Source: Candidatus Velthaea sp.
GTDB lineage: Bacteria; Vulcanimicrobiota; Vulcanimicrobiia; Vulcanimicrobiales; Vulcanimicrobiaceae
Direction: 5' to 3'
Assembly (NCBI GenBank): GCA_965214935.1
Contig: CBDCCS010000015.1
Coordinates: forward strand, 17,791-81,790
Length of the DNA: 64,000 bases
Below are positions 27,388 through 37,083 of the stretch, one piece after another (within the stretch, counting starts at the first letter, position 1; each line of letters opens with the position of its first letter). The notes under the pieces were generated by a model. It did no database searches. It was not told the DNA's origin and worked only from the letters and a program-made list of their open reading frames with translations. Position numbers and translations under genes: made by a program.

Positions 27388-29021
27388 GGGTTCCAAAACG
27401 GCGTCGTGATCACCGGTGTTGCGGTGAAATTGTGCAGCGCTGAAGGATACGTTATCACGTCTTTGCGGAACCAAAGAATGATCGATGGATCGTCTTTGGT
27501 AAACTCATATTGGACGATTGCGTAGTCCGCAATACGTTTACGTTGGTCGATCGTCGCATTGGCATCGTCCATCGCCTTGTCGGCGATCGGGTTGCTCCAG
27601 AACAAATTGTTCTGTCCGTGCGGAGAAAAGTTGTGGCCGGATAGCGAAGCACTCGTATCGATATCTGCCGCCGCAACCCAAGCGAAATCGGCTACGTCGT
27701 AATGCCCGCCTTGTAAGACACCCGCCGACGTGTTGTCGAAGAATGACGACGTCGGATAGTTCTTCACCACCGCCTGTGCGCCGACAGTCCGCCAATAGGT
27801 GAGAAATTGCTCCTCGTATGCACGTCCGGCGGTTGACTCGATTTGCGTCGATATTTGGAAGGTTAAGCGCTGACCGTCTTTCACTCGCACGCCGTCGGGA
27901 CCGAGATGCCAACCGGCTTCGTCGAGCAATGCTTTCGCCTTGCCGACATTGTAAGGATAACGCATCAGGTGCGACGTCTGCGCGGACGGAAACAGCGTCG
28001 GGTCGAGAAAGGTATCGCTTAATTCTCCGAGATTATGGCGCAGCTTTCTCAACAGCGTCGGACGATCGATCGCGTACGTGAGTGCACGCCGCACGCGCAC
28101 ATCACGAAAAATCGGCCGCCGAAGGTTAAAGTCGATATGATCGTACGTGTAGATAACCGGTGTGATGGTCGTTGCACCCGGAATCTGTTTAACCGTCGCC
28201 AATGATTCGGCTTGCTGGTTCCAAGCGAGATCGATTTCATGCGTCTGCAATTGAGTCGTCAGCGTATTTTGATCGGGAATGATTTTATAAACGATCTCGG
28301 CAATTTTGGGGGCACCGAGAAAATAGTCGGGATTCGCAGCGAGCCGGACTTCACTGCCGCGGGTCCACGAGACGAATTTGTACGGGCCGCTACCGACCGG
28401 CGCCGCATTATAGGCAGCCGTATTGAGGCTACCCTTGTTATCGTTGAGTTTGCCCAGAATGTGCTCGGGCATGATTGGACCGTTTCCGTTAACCGCCCAC
28501 AACTGCTGTAAATACGGCGCATAAACGCGTTTAAGATGAACGACGGCAACGTACGGATCGCGGCAATCGACATCGTGAATGTCCGTCCAGCCCTCGGTCG
28601 TGTTGACGTTATTTTTCGGATTGACCATCACTTGCCACGTAAAGCGCAAGTCGCGACACGTGAGTTCGACGCCGTCGTGCCACTTGATGCCGTGACGAAG
28701 TTTGTACTTGAGCGTCAGGCCGTCGGGGCTGACATCACCGTTCGCCGGCGTTGGTACCTCCGTTACCGCATCGGGTACCGGGTGCGCATGATCGTCATAC
28801 CGGACGGTGTATGAATATAGCATTGCGGAAAGTTCGAGTACCGGACTCGCCGACGCAAACGCAGGATTAAGGTTCTTCGGATCGGACGCCGTTGCGATGA
28901 CGAGCCGATTCGGATGGGTTCCGCCGGCCGGGCTGCTCGACGTTCCGGAGTCACTGACTTTGGTGCATGCCGTAAAGGCGAGCGCCGCACATGCGCTCGC
29001 AACAAAACGGCGAAAGCTCAA
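27369..29021 (-). CDS. Peptide ABC transporter substrate-binding lipoprotein (family 5)
   Basis: Lipobox FTAC; WHDG, PVGSGPY and VRRAL.YAIDR; TTG overlaps the upstream TGA. Confidence 0.9.
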   Translation of the reverse strand: MSFRRFVASACAALAFTACTKVSDSGTSSSPAGGTHPNRLVIATASDPKNLNPAFASASPVLELSAMLYSYTVRYDDHAHPVPDAVTEVPTPANGDVSPDGLTLKYKLRHGIKWHDGVELTCRDLRFTWQVMVNPKNNVNTTEGWTDIHDVDCRDPYVAVVHLKRVYAPYLQQLWAVNGNGPIMPEHILGKLNDNKGSLNTAAYNAAPVGSGPYKFVSWTRGSEVRLAANPDYFLGAPKIAEIVYKIIPDQNTLTTQLQTHEIDLAWNQQAESLATVKQIPGATTITPVIYTYDHIDFNLRRPIFRDVRVRRALTYAIDRPTLLRKLRHNLGELSDTFLDPTLFPSAQTSHLMRYPYNVGKAKALLDEAGWHLGPDGVRVKDGQRLTFQISTQIESTAGRAYEEQFLTYWRTVGAQAVVKNYPTSSFFDNTSAGVLQGGHYDVADFAWVAAADIDTSASLSGHNFSPHGQNNLFWSNPIADKAMDDANATIDQRKRIADYAIVQYEFTKDDPSIILWFRKDVITYPSALHNFTATPVITTPFWNPWQYSL

Positions 29022-30145
29022 CGCATCGACTCCGGATCGAGCCCGTTCTGCGCGCAGAACGCCGCGTAGGCAACCGGAGAAATTTCCGAAGGCTTGATCT
29101 CGCTGCGGCCGCCCCAAAAAACGTTGGTGTAGCCGAGAGTGATACCCGCGTCGTTCAGATGCTCGTCGATTGCGGCTTTGTGCGCGAGTACGGCGTCCTT
29201 GTCGGTGCCGTGTGCGACGCCCATGACATTCACGTTGCGGAACTCCGGACCGCCTTCGCGCCAGTATGCATGCGTCATGATGTGATGCCGTCCGACTTCG
29301 CGCCCGGCGTCGAGTTCACGCCCCGCCGGCACGGCCCAATGAAAGAGTGCATTGTAGCGCGTCACCCGCTCGCCGCTCTCTTTATTCGGCTTAACGTGTT
29401 CGAGAAACGTCGAGAAGCGGCCGATCACGCGGCGTTCGTTGAGTGCTTTTCCAACCCGCTCGAATTCGTCGAGCGAAACGCCCGCCTCGGCGGCGCGTGC
29501 GCGCCACAAATCGCGAACCAGTTCTTGCGGCTCGAATTCACGTTTGATCGCCGTCAGAACGCGCCACTCGAGCTCGTTGAGTTCGACGATATTGGTATCG
29601 AGGACGTCGGCAAGTTCAGCGGCCCGCGATCCGGGTTCCATGCCGCGCCGCCGCACGTGACCGACACCCAGTGCGAACAGACGTTTCGCCGGCATCATCC
29701 GGTAATGTTCGGCGCCGATTCGCGCGGCCAAGAAGTCGCCGTGTTTCTGCATCGAAAAGCCCTGCGGCACTTTGAGCGTCGTCCACAGCCGATAGTTCGA
29801 ACCAGGCGTCGCTGCATCGGTCGTTCGGATGACGACATGGCCGGAAAACGGATCGCGTTCGAAGAGGTACTCGAATGCGTCGTTGAGCCGGTCGGCCGGT
29901 ACCTGCCACGCGACAAGCGCGCCTTGGGCAAGATTCGTTGCCATGAGCGTCTGCCGGACGCGCCGGATCGTGCCGGCGCGTAACATCGCAACGACGCGTT
30001 CGAGCACCGTCTCGACGTCGATTCCGGCGCTTTCGGCAACCGAACCGAACGGGTCGAGTTGAAAGCCGGCTAACCGATCTTCGCTTATTGCAAGAATAGA
30101 GGCGTTAACCGGATCGTCGATCCAAACCGGAAGTGTACTGGTCAT
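29018..30145 (-). CDS. Fused AhbA/AhbB (NirDL-like, Lrp/AsnC-fold) siroheme decarboxylase-like protein
   Basis: Two tandem HTH + Lrp-like modules (GTIRRV..ALVAW.VP..GHVVIR; VIGRF..NAL..W.VP..THAYWR). Confidence 0.65.
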   Translation of the reverse strand: MTSTLPVWIDDPVNASILAISEDRLAGFQLDPFGSVAESAGIDVETVLERVVAMLRAGTIRRVRQTLMATNLAQGALVAWQVPADRLNDAFEYLFERDPFSGHVVIRTTDAATPGSNYRLWTTLKVPQGFSMQKHGDFLAARIGAEHYRMMPAKRLFALGVGHVRRRGMEPGSRAAELADVLDTNIVELNELEWRVLTAIKREFEPQELVRDLWRARAAEAGVSLDEFERVGKALNERRVIGRFSTFLEHVKPNKESGERVTRYNALFHWAVPAGRELDAGREVGRHHIMTHAYWREGGPEFRNVNVMGVAHGTDKDAVLAHKAAIDEHLNDAGITLGYTNVFWGGRSEIKPSEISPVAYAAFCAQNGLDPESMR

Positions 30146-30158
30146 ATCACCGGAGGCT

Positions 30159-31925
30159 TCACGGTGCGCCGTTCGCACCCTCCGCATAAAGAAACGCTTG
30201 TTCGGCTTCGCGCAATGTATAGACGGCGGTCGACTGATCCGTCAATGCTTGCGTGAGTCCGACCTGTGCATTGAGCAACAGCGGTAATGTCGTGACGCCG
30301 GCGCGATACTGGGCTTGCGTCGATCTGAGGACGACCTGCGCTTGAGTGAGCTCGGCGTTCGTGCTGGTAAGCGCCGCCCGAGCGGACACGAGCGCAACGA
30401 GTGATTGCTTCACGTTGAGTTGCACGCTCTGAACGATCGTCGCCTGGTTGGCGAGGCCGAGCGCGAGGTTGCCGCGCGCTTGCGCAACATCGGCGGCGAC
30501 GATCCCCTGATCGTACAATGGAAGCGTTAGCGCAAGTCCGACCGACGAGTTGTTACGAAACGTGCCTCCGGTGAGATCGGTCGATGCCGTCGACGCCGAC
30601 GCATTGGCATTCAACGATGGAAAATTCGTGAGCTGCGCGGCGCGTAATGAAGCGCGATATCCCTCGACGGTGTATTGAGTCGAGACAACGTCGGGCCGGA
30701 GCGCGATCGCGCGTGCAATCGCCTGGGCGTAGGTCGGGACTTCGACCACCGGCGTGACGTCCGTTCCGTTCACCGGCGTATCGTCGCGCGGCAGCACGGC
30801 GGTGTTGGCGTCGAGCCCCATTGCATTGGCGAAGGTCGCTTGAGCGCTGAGCTCGGTGCCTTGATCCCGAATGACGGCGACGCGAGCTTGCGCCGTCGGC
30901 AATTGGGCGGTCGAGAGATCGGCGCGCGCCGCCGAACCGGCACGAATCTGCGCCGAAACGAGGCTCTCATTGGTCTGATCGACCAGCACGGTCTGTACGG
31001 CGACGGCGGTTGCACGCTGCGCGGCAAGCGATGTGTAATACGCATTGGCGACGTTGTAAGCGACGGTCTGAAGTTCGCGTTTGTAGGCGGCAGCTTGCGC
31101 ATTTTGGTTGTTGCGCGCCGCGCGCAATTCGGCGGAGACCCGACCGCCGTCATAGATCAACTGCGACAGCGTCACTGAAAAAGAATTGGACGAATAGGTT
31201 AGCGGCGATAGTGCGGTCACCACGCCGGTCGTGCCGCCCGTACCGGTGCCGGTGCCCGTCCCCGTGGTCCCGCCGGTTCCGGTTCCGGTTCCGGTCCCGC
31301 CCGTCCCCGTGCCGGTTCCTGTCCCGGTGCCCGTGCCCGTCCCGGTGCCCGTGCCCGTGCCCGTACCGCCGGTGCCCGTCCCCGTACCGCCGGTGCCGGT
31401 GCCGGTGCCGCCGGTGCCGGTACCGGTGCCCGTCCCCGTGCCGCCGGTGTTCCCGCCCGTTCCGCTGGTGACGACGGAGGCGCGGCTGCCGTCTTGACTA
31501 TGGATGCGACTCGATGCAATCGAGCCCGAGACGCTCGGAAAGAGTGCCGTGCGGGCAAGTTGGACCGGTGCCGCGGCAATCTGGAGTTGTGCCCGCGCTT
31601 GAGCGAGCAGCGGAGAACGCGCGTAGCCGATCGACGTTGCCTGATCGAGCGTGATCACTTGCGGGATCGACGGATTCACTTCACCGCCGTTGACACCCGC
31701 CGCCGGATTGCCGTACGCCGGGTACGGTAAGCTCGTCGGCTGGCTTGCCGGCGGCAGCGTCACGGTCGCATTGGGATTGAACGTGCTGCGCGGCGACGGA
31801 GGCTGAGCCGGTTGCGACGCCGGCGCAGAAGTTGACTGCGCGCGCACGATACGCGGGATCGTCGTCGCGACGACGAACGCCGCGAGCGCGACGCTCGTAA
31901 GCGCGCGAAGCTGGAATTGCTGCAA
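30159..31925 (-). CDS. TolC-family outer-membrane efflux protein with Gly/Thr insert
   Basis: Signal peptide; ITLDQA, LFPSVS, QLIYDGG, NFPSL, LPLYDQG and QYRAG. Confidence 0.88.
   Translation of the reverse strand: MQQFQLRALTSVALAAFVVATTIPRIVRAQSTSAPASQPAQPPSPRSTFNPNATVTLPPASQPTSLPYPAYGNPAAGVNGGEVNPSIPQVITLDQATSIGYARSPLLAQARAQLQIAAAPVQLARTALFPSVSGSIASSRIHSQDGSRASVVTSGTGGNTGGTGTGTGTGTGGTGTGTGGTGTGTGGTGTGTGTGTGTGTGTGTGTGTGGTGTGTGTGGTTGTGTGTGTGGTTGVVTALSPLTYSSNSFSVTLSQLIYDGGRVSAELRAARNNQNAQAAAYKRELQTVAYNVANAYYTSLAAQRATAVAVQTVLVDQTNESLVSAQIRAGSAARADLSTAQLPTAQARVAVIRDQGTELSAQATFANAMGLDANTAVLPRDDTPVNGTDVTPVVEVPTYAQAIARAIALRPDVVSTQYTVEGYRASLRAAQLTNFPSLNANASASTASTDLTGGTFRNNSSVGLALTLPLYDQGIVAADVAQARGNLALGLANQATIVQSVQLNVKQSLVALVSARAALTSTNAELTQAQVVLRSTQAQYRAGVTTLPLLLNAQVGLTQALTDQSTAVYTLREAEQAFLYAEGANGAP
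31224..31469 (-). repeat. Low-complexity coding repeat encoding ~82 aa of (GT)n/GGT
   Basis: Imperfect 6-bp units (ccggtg/cccgtg/ccggtt/ccggta) with varied wobble bases. Confidence 0.95.
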
Positions 31926-31936
31926 GTTCGGTGCTC

Positions 31937-33367
31937 CTACTTCGCGGCTTGAGCGGGCGAAGCACTCATCGCAACGATACTCTTATCTTGTAACGCGTCC
32001 GGACGCGTGGTGATGACCGTCGTGCCCGCCGTGACGTCGGGCGACTCGATCTCCGCGAGCGTATCGGTCTGCAACCCAAGCCGAACCAGAACTGCTTTCG
32101 CCTGTTTGATTACCGGTGGACTGCCGCCTCCAGGTGCGCCCCCGCCGGCCGGCGCGCCGCTCCCGGAACCCGCGGGTGCGGCTCCGGAGCCCGCCGGCGC
32201 AGGCGGATCGACGACGGTAAAAACGCTCGCTCCGGCCTCGGTCGTCACGATCGCCGTCCGCGGAACGACGATTGCATTGTTGTGACGCGCCTGTACGATC
32301 TGCACGGTGACGAGCATGCCGCCCCGCAGCGCGTTGTCGGGATTGGACTGCATCAGCCGCGCGCGGTACGACAGGGTGCCGCTCGTCGGCGTCGCGTTGA
32401 CGTCGTAGACCGATCCGTGAAAGGTCCGGCCCGGGGCACTGCTCGTCGTGAACGCGACCGACGTACCGCGCCGGACGTAGCCTAGATCTTCATCCGGCAC
32501 GTTGACGTTGACGTAAACGGTGTCGACTTGCGAAACTTGCACGATCGGTGCATTCGGCCCGGCAAAGGAGCCGGGATCGAGCAAACGCTGCGTAACCACG
32601 CCGTCGAACGGGGCATAGACGCTGGTTTGCGCAATCTGCGTTTGCAGCAGCTTCACTTGCCCGATTTGCGACTCCAACGTACCGCGAGCAGCGGCAACCG
32701 TCTGCGTTTGAATCCCGGTTTGCCCGAGGTTGCGCCGCGCACTCGACAACGCGGCTTGAGTGGCAACGACCTGCGTCCGCGCGTTTGCGACCGCTTGTTG
32801 CGCGGCAACATCCTGCGCTCGCGATTGCTCGATCTGGGTTTGCGAGACGTAACCCTGCGAGAAGAGTTGTTGATTCTGCCTGAAGACGAGGTGCGCGTTG
32901 GTTGCCGCGGCTTGATCGCTCACGAGCGTGTTACGCGCCGAGGCGAGGACTTGTTCGGCGTTCGTCACGGCCGAGCTTACGGTTTGGCTCGTGATCGGAT
33001 TCTGCAGCGTTTGACCTTGCAGCGTCGCTTGGGCTTGAGTCACGAGCCCCTGCGCTTGGGCCAATTGCGCGCGCAACGTCGAATCGTCGATTTTCGCGAG
33101 CAACTCGCCGCGCTTCACACGCGCGCCTTCGCGAACGAATACGTTGACGAGCGTTCCGGATTGCGGCGAACCGACGGTCGACTGTTGCATCGGCGAAATT
33201 TGACCGTCTAAGGTAAGGTAGGTGGCGATGTCGCTGCGCTGCGCTTGCGCGACATTGACGGCAATCGGCGGCGGACCCGCATTTCCACCGCCGCCTGACT
33301 TGCCGCAAGCCGTCATCGCGACGGAAAAAATCGTCGCGCCGATGATCGCGCGCGCTGTGCGTCCCAT
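31937..33367 (-). CDS. Efflux RND periplasmic adaptor (membrane fusion protein)
   Basis: Lipobox MTAC; V.EG..VK.G.LLAKID, APFDGVV, LRGGM and VVP..AI. Confidence 0.9.
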   Translation of the reverse strand: MGRTARAIIGATIFSVAMTACGKSGGGGNAGPPPIAVNVAQAQRSDIATYLTLDGQISPMQQSTVGSPQSGTLVNVFVREGARVKRGELLAKIDDSTLRAQLAQAQGLVTQAQATLQGQTLQNPITSQTVSSAVTNAEQVLASARNTLVSDQAAATNAHLVFRQNQQLFSQGYVSQTQIEQSRAQDVAAQQAVANARTQVVATQAALSSARRNLGQTGIQTQTVAAARGTLESQIGQVKLLQTQIAQTSVYAPFDGVVTQRLLDPGSFAGPNAPIVQVSQVDTVYVNVNVPDEDLGYVRRGTSVAFTTSSAPGRTFHGSVYDVNATPTSGTLSYRARLMQSNPDNALRGGMLVTVQIVQARHNNAIVVPRTAIVTTEAGASVFTVVDPPAPAGSGAAPAGSGSGAPAGGGAPGGGSPPVIKQAKAVLVRLGLQTDTLAEIESPDVTAGTTVITTRPDALQDKSIVAMSASPAQAAK

Positions 33368-33513
33368 GTGACTCCTTTGTACCTTGTAAATCTGCTAAGC
33401 GGCTAAGATTCACGCCGGCCGGCGTCTTTCCCGACGTCCGGCGCAGCATTCGCTCATGCGATTTACCGGCGGAATGCCAGAAATGATTCACACGGCTGCT
33501 GCTCGTATCGTGC

Positions 33514-33912
33514 ATGAGCATGGCAGCGAAACTCGACGTCGGCCGAACTTATCAGAGCCAAACGCGCGTCGAAGAGTGGATGACCGCCGAAAAAGCCGGT
33601 AATAAAGGCGTCGACGTCTTATCGACGCCGATGCTCCTGCAGTTAGTCGAGGACGCCGCAATGCAGTGCATTGCTCCCACGATGGCCGCCGGCCAGGTTA
33701 GCCTGGGCACCTATGTCGACCTCGCGCATCTGGCGTCGACGCCGGTCGGCTTCATCGTTCGAACCGAAGTCGAGGTCATCAAGCTCGATGGCCGACGCGT
33801 CGAATTCGCATTTTCGGCGTTCGACGAACGTGAAAAAATCGCCGAAGGCACGCACGAGCGGTATCTCACGGAGCGCACGCGCTTGGTCGAACGGCTCGAA
33901 GAAAAGCGCTGA
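33514..33912 (+). CDS. FlK-like hotdog thioesterase
   Basis: VLSTP.L..LVE.A, SLGT.V...HLA.TP.G and G.HER. Confidence 0.85.
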   Translation: MSMAAKLDVGRTYQSQTRVEEWMTAEKAGNKGVDVLSTPMLLQLVEDAAMQCIAPTMAAGQVSLGTYVDLAHLASTPVGFIVRTEVEVIKLDGRRVEFAFSAFDEREKIAEGTHERYLTERTRLVERLEEKR

Positions 33913-33916
33913 TCCG

Positions 33917-35422
33917 TTAGAGTGTGATGGTACTGCTGATCGAACGCGCGGCAGCGACGCCCGAAAGTGATGCGCCGACCGTACTTTGACCCGGAAAAAC
34001 GCTGTCGCCGCATAAGCGCAGGCCGGCGATGCCGCTACGGTGTGAGAGCGCGCGCAGGTTTGCATTCGCGCATGTCTGCGGCGAACCGCCGACCAGGCCG
34101 CGGAAACGTCCCGTGTAGCGGGCAAACGTATGCGGGGTTGCATACTCGACGAGATCGGCCCGGTCCCATGCGCCGGGCGCAATGCGCTCGAGAGCAGCGC
34201 GCAACCGTGCTCCATATTCGTGCTTCCGCCGCTCGTAGAAGTTGTCTTCGTATGCACGCTCCCAAGCGGCAACGTCGGTGTGCGTCGAGATCGTCACCGC
34301 CCGACCGCCGTTGCGCGCGCGTTGCCGTTCCCCAGCCGCCGAAAACGACACGAACACCGAGTTGCCTTCGCCCAGCGGCGCATCGGCATCCATAACGAGC
34401 TGATGATGGAGCGCACAATCGTCGGGCACGGTACCGGCGCGCAAGCCGACATACGACATAAAGGCACCCCAGCGTTGCGGCGTCGCGGCAAAGCGAGTTT
34501 GTAGCGCGCCGGCGTGCGCACCCAACATTTGCCGAACGTCCGCGACCGGGATAGCAGCGATCACATGAGCCGCGTGCAGCGTGTCGCCGGTCGCTAAACG
34601 CACGCCGCACACGCGGCCGCGTTCGACGACGAAACTGCAAACCGACGTTCGGTATGCGATTTCTCCCCGGCGGCGCCGGATCGCGCGCGCCAGCGCGATC
34701 GAAATGTCCGAAACGCCGTTCGCAAGATGAAACGTCCCCTCGCGCGCGATATCGAGCGCGGTAGCACCATACGCGAGATCCGTCGATGCAGCGTCGGTTT
34801 GCGCGGTAATCAACAATTGCGCATCGACGAAGGCACGCAATTTCGCGTCTGCAGCCGGCGGTAAAATTTGAGCGACGGTTTTACCGATTGTACCCGCGAG
34901 CATGAGATGCCGCGGACGCATTGCCCCCGCGAAAGCGCGCACGCCCGCAAGATCGACCGGCAATGCCGGAAAGCGGGTTGAGAAATCCCACGCGACATCT
35001 GCGATGCGTTCTTGCTTGCGCCAAAACGATTCTGCCGCCGGACCGAATGCGCGCAGCCGTTCGATCGGCCAGCGCGCGTCGCCGAACCGGCAAATGCGGT
35101 CGCCGCCGACATGCACCACCATTGCCGGCTCCACGGCCGTAGCGTCGAGCGAGACGTCGAGCCGCTCGAACAAGCGCCGGTGCGCACCGCGCGTCCCGAA
35201 ACCGCTCACGAGCGTTGCACCAACATCGAAACGGTAATCGCCGCGCACGTAAAACGACGCGCAGCCGCCCGGTTGCGCGTGTTGCTCGATAACTTGAACG
35301 CGTGCACCGTCACGCGCGAGCAATGCACCCGCCGTCAAGCCGGCGACGCCCGCTCCGACGATAATTACATCCGGGTGATTTTGACGCACTTTGGAACCGT
35401 CACGACGTATCGACACGTTCAC
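33917..35422 (-). CDS. Phytoene desaturase-family FAD oxidoreductase (CrtD-like)
   Basis: VGAGVAGLTAG, PGGCASF..FDVGAT, ATP.TF.RYT and CGDSVFPG. Confidence 0.8.
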   Translation of the reverse strand: MNVSIRRDGSKVRQNHPDVIIVGAGVAGLTAGALLARDGARVQVIEQHAQPGGCASFYVRGDYRFDVGATLVSGFGTRGAHRRLFERLDVSLDATAVEPAMVVHVGGDRICRFGDARWPIERLRAFGPAAESFWRKQERIADVAWDFSTRFPALPVDLAGVRAFAGAMRPRHLMLAGTIGKTVAQILPPAADAKLRAFVDAQLLITAQTDAASTDLAYGATALDIAREGTFHLANGVSDISIALARAIRRRRGEIAYRTSVCSFVVERGRVCGVRLATGDTLHAAHVIAAIPVADVRQMLGAHAGALQTRFAATPQRWGAFMSYVGLRAGTVPDDCALHHQLVMDADAPLGEGNSVFVSFSAAGERQRARNGGRAVTISTHTDVAAWERAYEDNFYERRKHEYGARLRAALERIAPGAWDRADLVEYATPHTFARYTGRFRGLVGGSPQTCANANLRALSHRSGIAGLRLCGDSVFPGQSTVGASLSGVAAARSISSTITL

Positions 35423-35669
35423 TAGGACGACTGCGCGGAAGCAAATATCATTGTCTGCCGTTTCGCGCGGAAAGCAGCGTTGCTTGGTAACGTTGCCGAT
35501 ACAAGGGGGCGCCCGCGTGCTTCCCTCTCGTGATTAAGGGTTATGACGAATGGGTAATTTGTGCCTCGGTTCAAGGGAGCTAGCGTGAAAGCGCTTGCTT
35601 TTTGCCGCGTGCACCGGCATCCCACCGGTCTATGCCTGAAATGACACCACACACATCTAGGAGACTTCA

Positions 35670-37007
35670 TTGAAACGACTCAGCTCCGGGATTCTGATGG
35701 CGATCGTCGCCGTGGGATTCGGGCTGTCATCGGTCAATGCGCAAACTACGGCAGCGAAAGGTAACGAAGGAAACTCGTCGTCTGCTACGCTTGTTGCACA
35801 GACCGGTAACGTCCCGCCCGCGGACTTCGGCGCGCCGCCATCAGGCGAAATTCCGATCCTCTTCAACGACCATCACGTTTACTCAAAACCCGACCGGCTC
35901 AAGCAGAATCGCGTGCTTGCCGCGCTCGTTCGGGGCAACACAATTCTCGTTCCGTTGCGCTCGATGTTCGAGCAAACCGGTGCGACGGTTTCATACGATC
36001 CGGCTTCAAAGACGGTCGATGTTTCCAAACCCGGCTCCGACGTTAAAGTCACCGTCGGACGCCCCGAGGTCGTCATCAACGGCGAGAGCCGTCCGCTTGA
36101 CGTGCCGCCCGAGATTTACAAAGGCACCGTCGTCGTCCCGCTTCGCGTCATCAGCGAAGGCATGGGCGCTTACGTCCAGTGGGTTCCGGAACGCAAAACC
36201 GTCGTCGTTCGCTACATAGCAGCGCCGCCGCCGTTGCCGCCTCCGCCGCCGACGCCGATCCCGACCGAGGCACCGACCGCCGTTCCGGCGACGCCGACCC
36301 CGGCTCCCAGCCCGACCGTTTATTACGAGCACTTCATCGTCGGCGATTATCTGTTCAATCCCAAAGTGTATAATGAGTTTTCGCCGGGCAATAAGGGCGT
36401 CAACAGCTCGTATGCCGCGCGTGCCGCAGTCGAGTTCCCGCTCTTCAGCCTCCCCTGGATGCTCGAAGGCGACTATCGTAGCTACAAGTATCCGTATACG
36501 GGCGTAACACCGGTCACGGTTATCGGCGGCTACGGTCAAGTGCTGCCGCCGGCGTTTACCGCGCGCGATAGCGATTTTGACGGCCGCTTCGGTCTCAAGG
36601 TTGCCGATCCGCGCATTTATATCGGCGTTGGTTATCTGCATCGCGATACCAACTACGGCTATCCGAAACAGAACGGCTTCGGCTTCGGGCTTGAGAAATT
36701 GCCCGACCTCGATCAGACGTTCTCGGTGTACGGCAGCGTGTACTACTATCCCAGCGTAACCGCGAATTACACGTTCCCGGCCGACGCATTCACGACGGCC
36801 GCCGGAATTGCCGGTACGACCGGTAAGTTCAACGACCGTTTCCTCAAATACCAAGTCGGCGTGACGATCGATTTGACGGGCGCGAAAGCTCCGTTCGGTC
36901 TGTTCCTCGACGGCGGCTTCCTGGGCGATTCCGTCCGCGGAAAATCGCTCTCGCCTTCGGATGCCTCGCATGCGGGCGCATACCTCGGCTTAGGTCTCAA
37001 GTTCTAA
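35670..37007 (+). CDS. Secreted protein: copper amine oxidase N-terminal (stalk) domain, Pro-rich linker, beta-barrel-like C-terminus
   Basis: AGGAG RBS + TTG; LVPLRSMFE..GA.VSYD and VPLRVISE.MGA.V.W; PPPP linker; ends YLGLGLKF. Confidence 0.82.
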   Translation: MKRLSSGILMAIVAVGFGLSSVNAQTTAAKGNEGNSSSATLVAQTGNVPPADFGAPPSGEIPILFNDHHVYSKPDRLKQNRVLAALVRGNTILVPLRSMFEQTGATVSYDPASKTVDVSKPGSDVKVTVGRPEVVINGESRPLDVPPEIYKGTVVVPLRVISEGMGAYVQWVPERKTVVVRYIAAPPPLPPPPPTPIPTEAPTAVPATPTPAPSPTVYYEHFIVGDYLFNPKVYNEFSPGNKGVNSSYAARAAVEFPLFSLPWMLEGDYRSYKYPYTGVTPVTVIGGYGQVLPPAFTARDSDFDGRFGLKVADPRIYIGVGYLHRDTNYGYPKQNGFGFGLEKLPDLDQTFSVYGSVYYYPSVTANYTFPADAFTTAAGIAGTTGKFNDRFLKYQVGVTIDLTGAKAPFGLFLDGGFLGDSVRGKSLSPSDASHAGAYLGLGLKF

Positions 37008-37031
37008 ACGCTTAGGCGTACGCAACGCGAG

Positions 37032-37066
37032 AAAAAGGCTCCCGGGAAACCGGGAGCCTTTTTTTT
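37032..37066. terminator. Bidirectional intrinsic terminator
   Basis: AAAAAGGCTCCCGG-GAAA-CCGGGAGCCTTTTTTTT between convergent genes. Confidence 0.92.
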
Positions 37067-37083
37067 GAAATCGCGACGAGAAG

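Noticed and set aside
31224..31469. CRISPR array or non-coding repeat; the (PV)n ORF at 31231-31497
   Set aside because: 6-bp periodic units in frame within tolC with no repeat-spacer structure; the PV ORF is its antisense shadow
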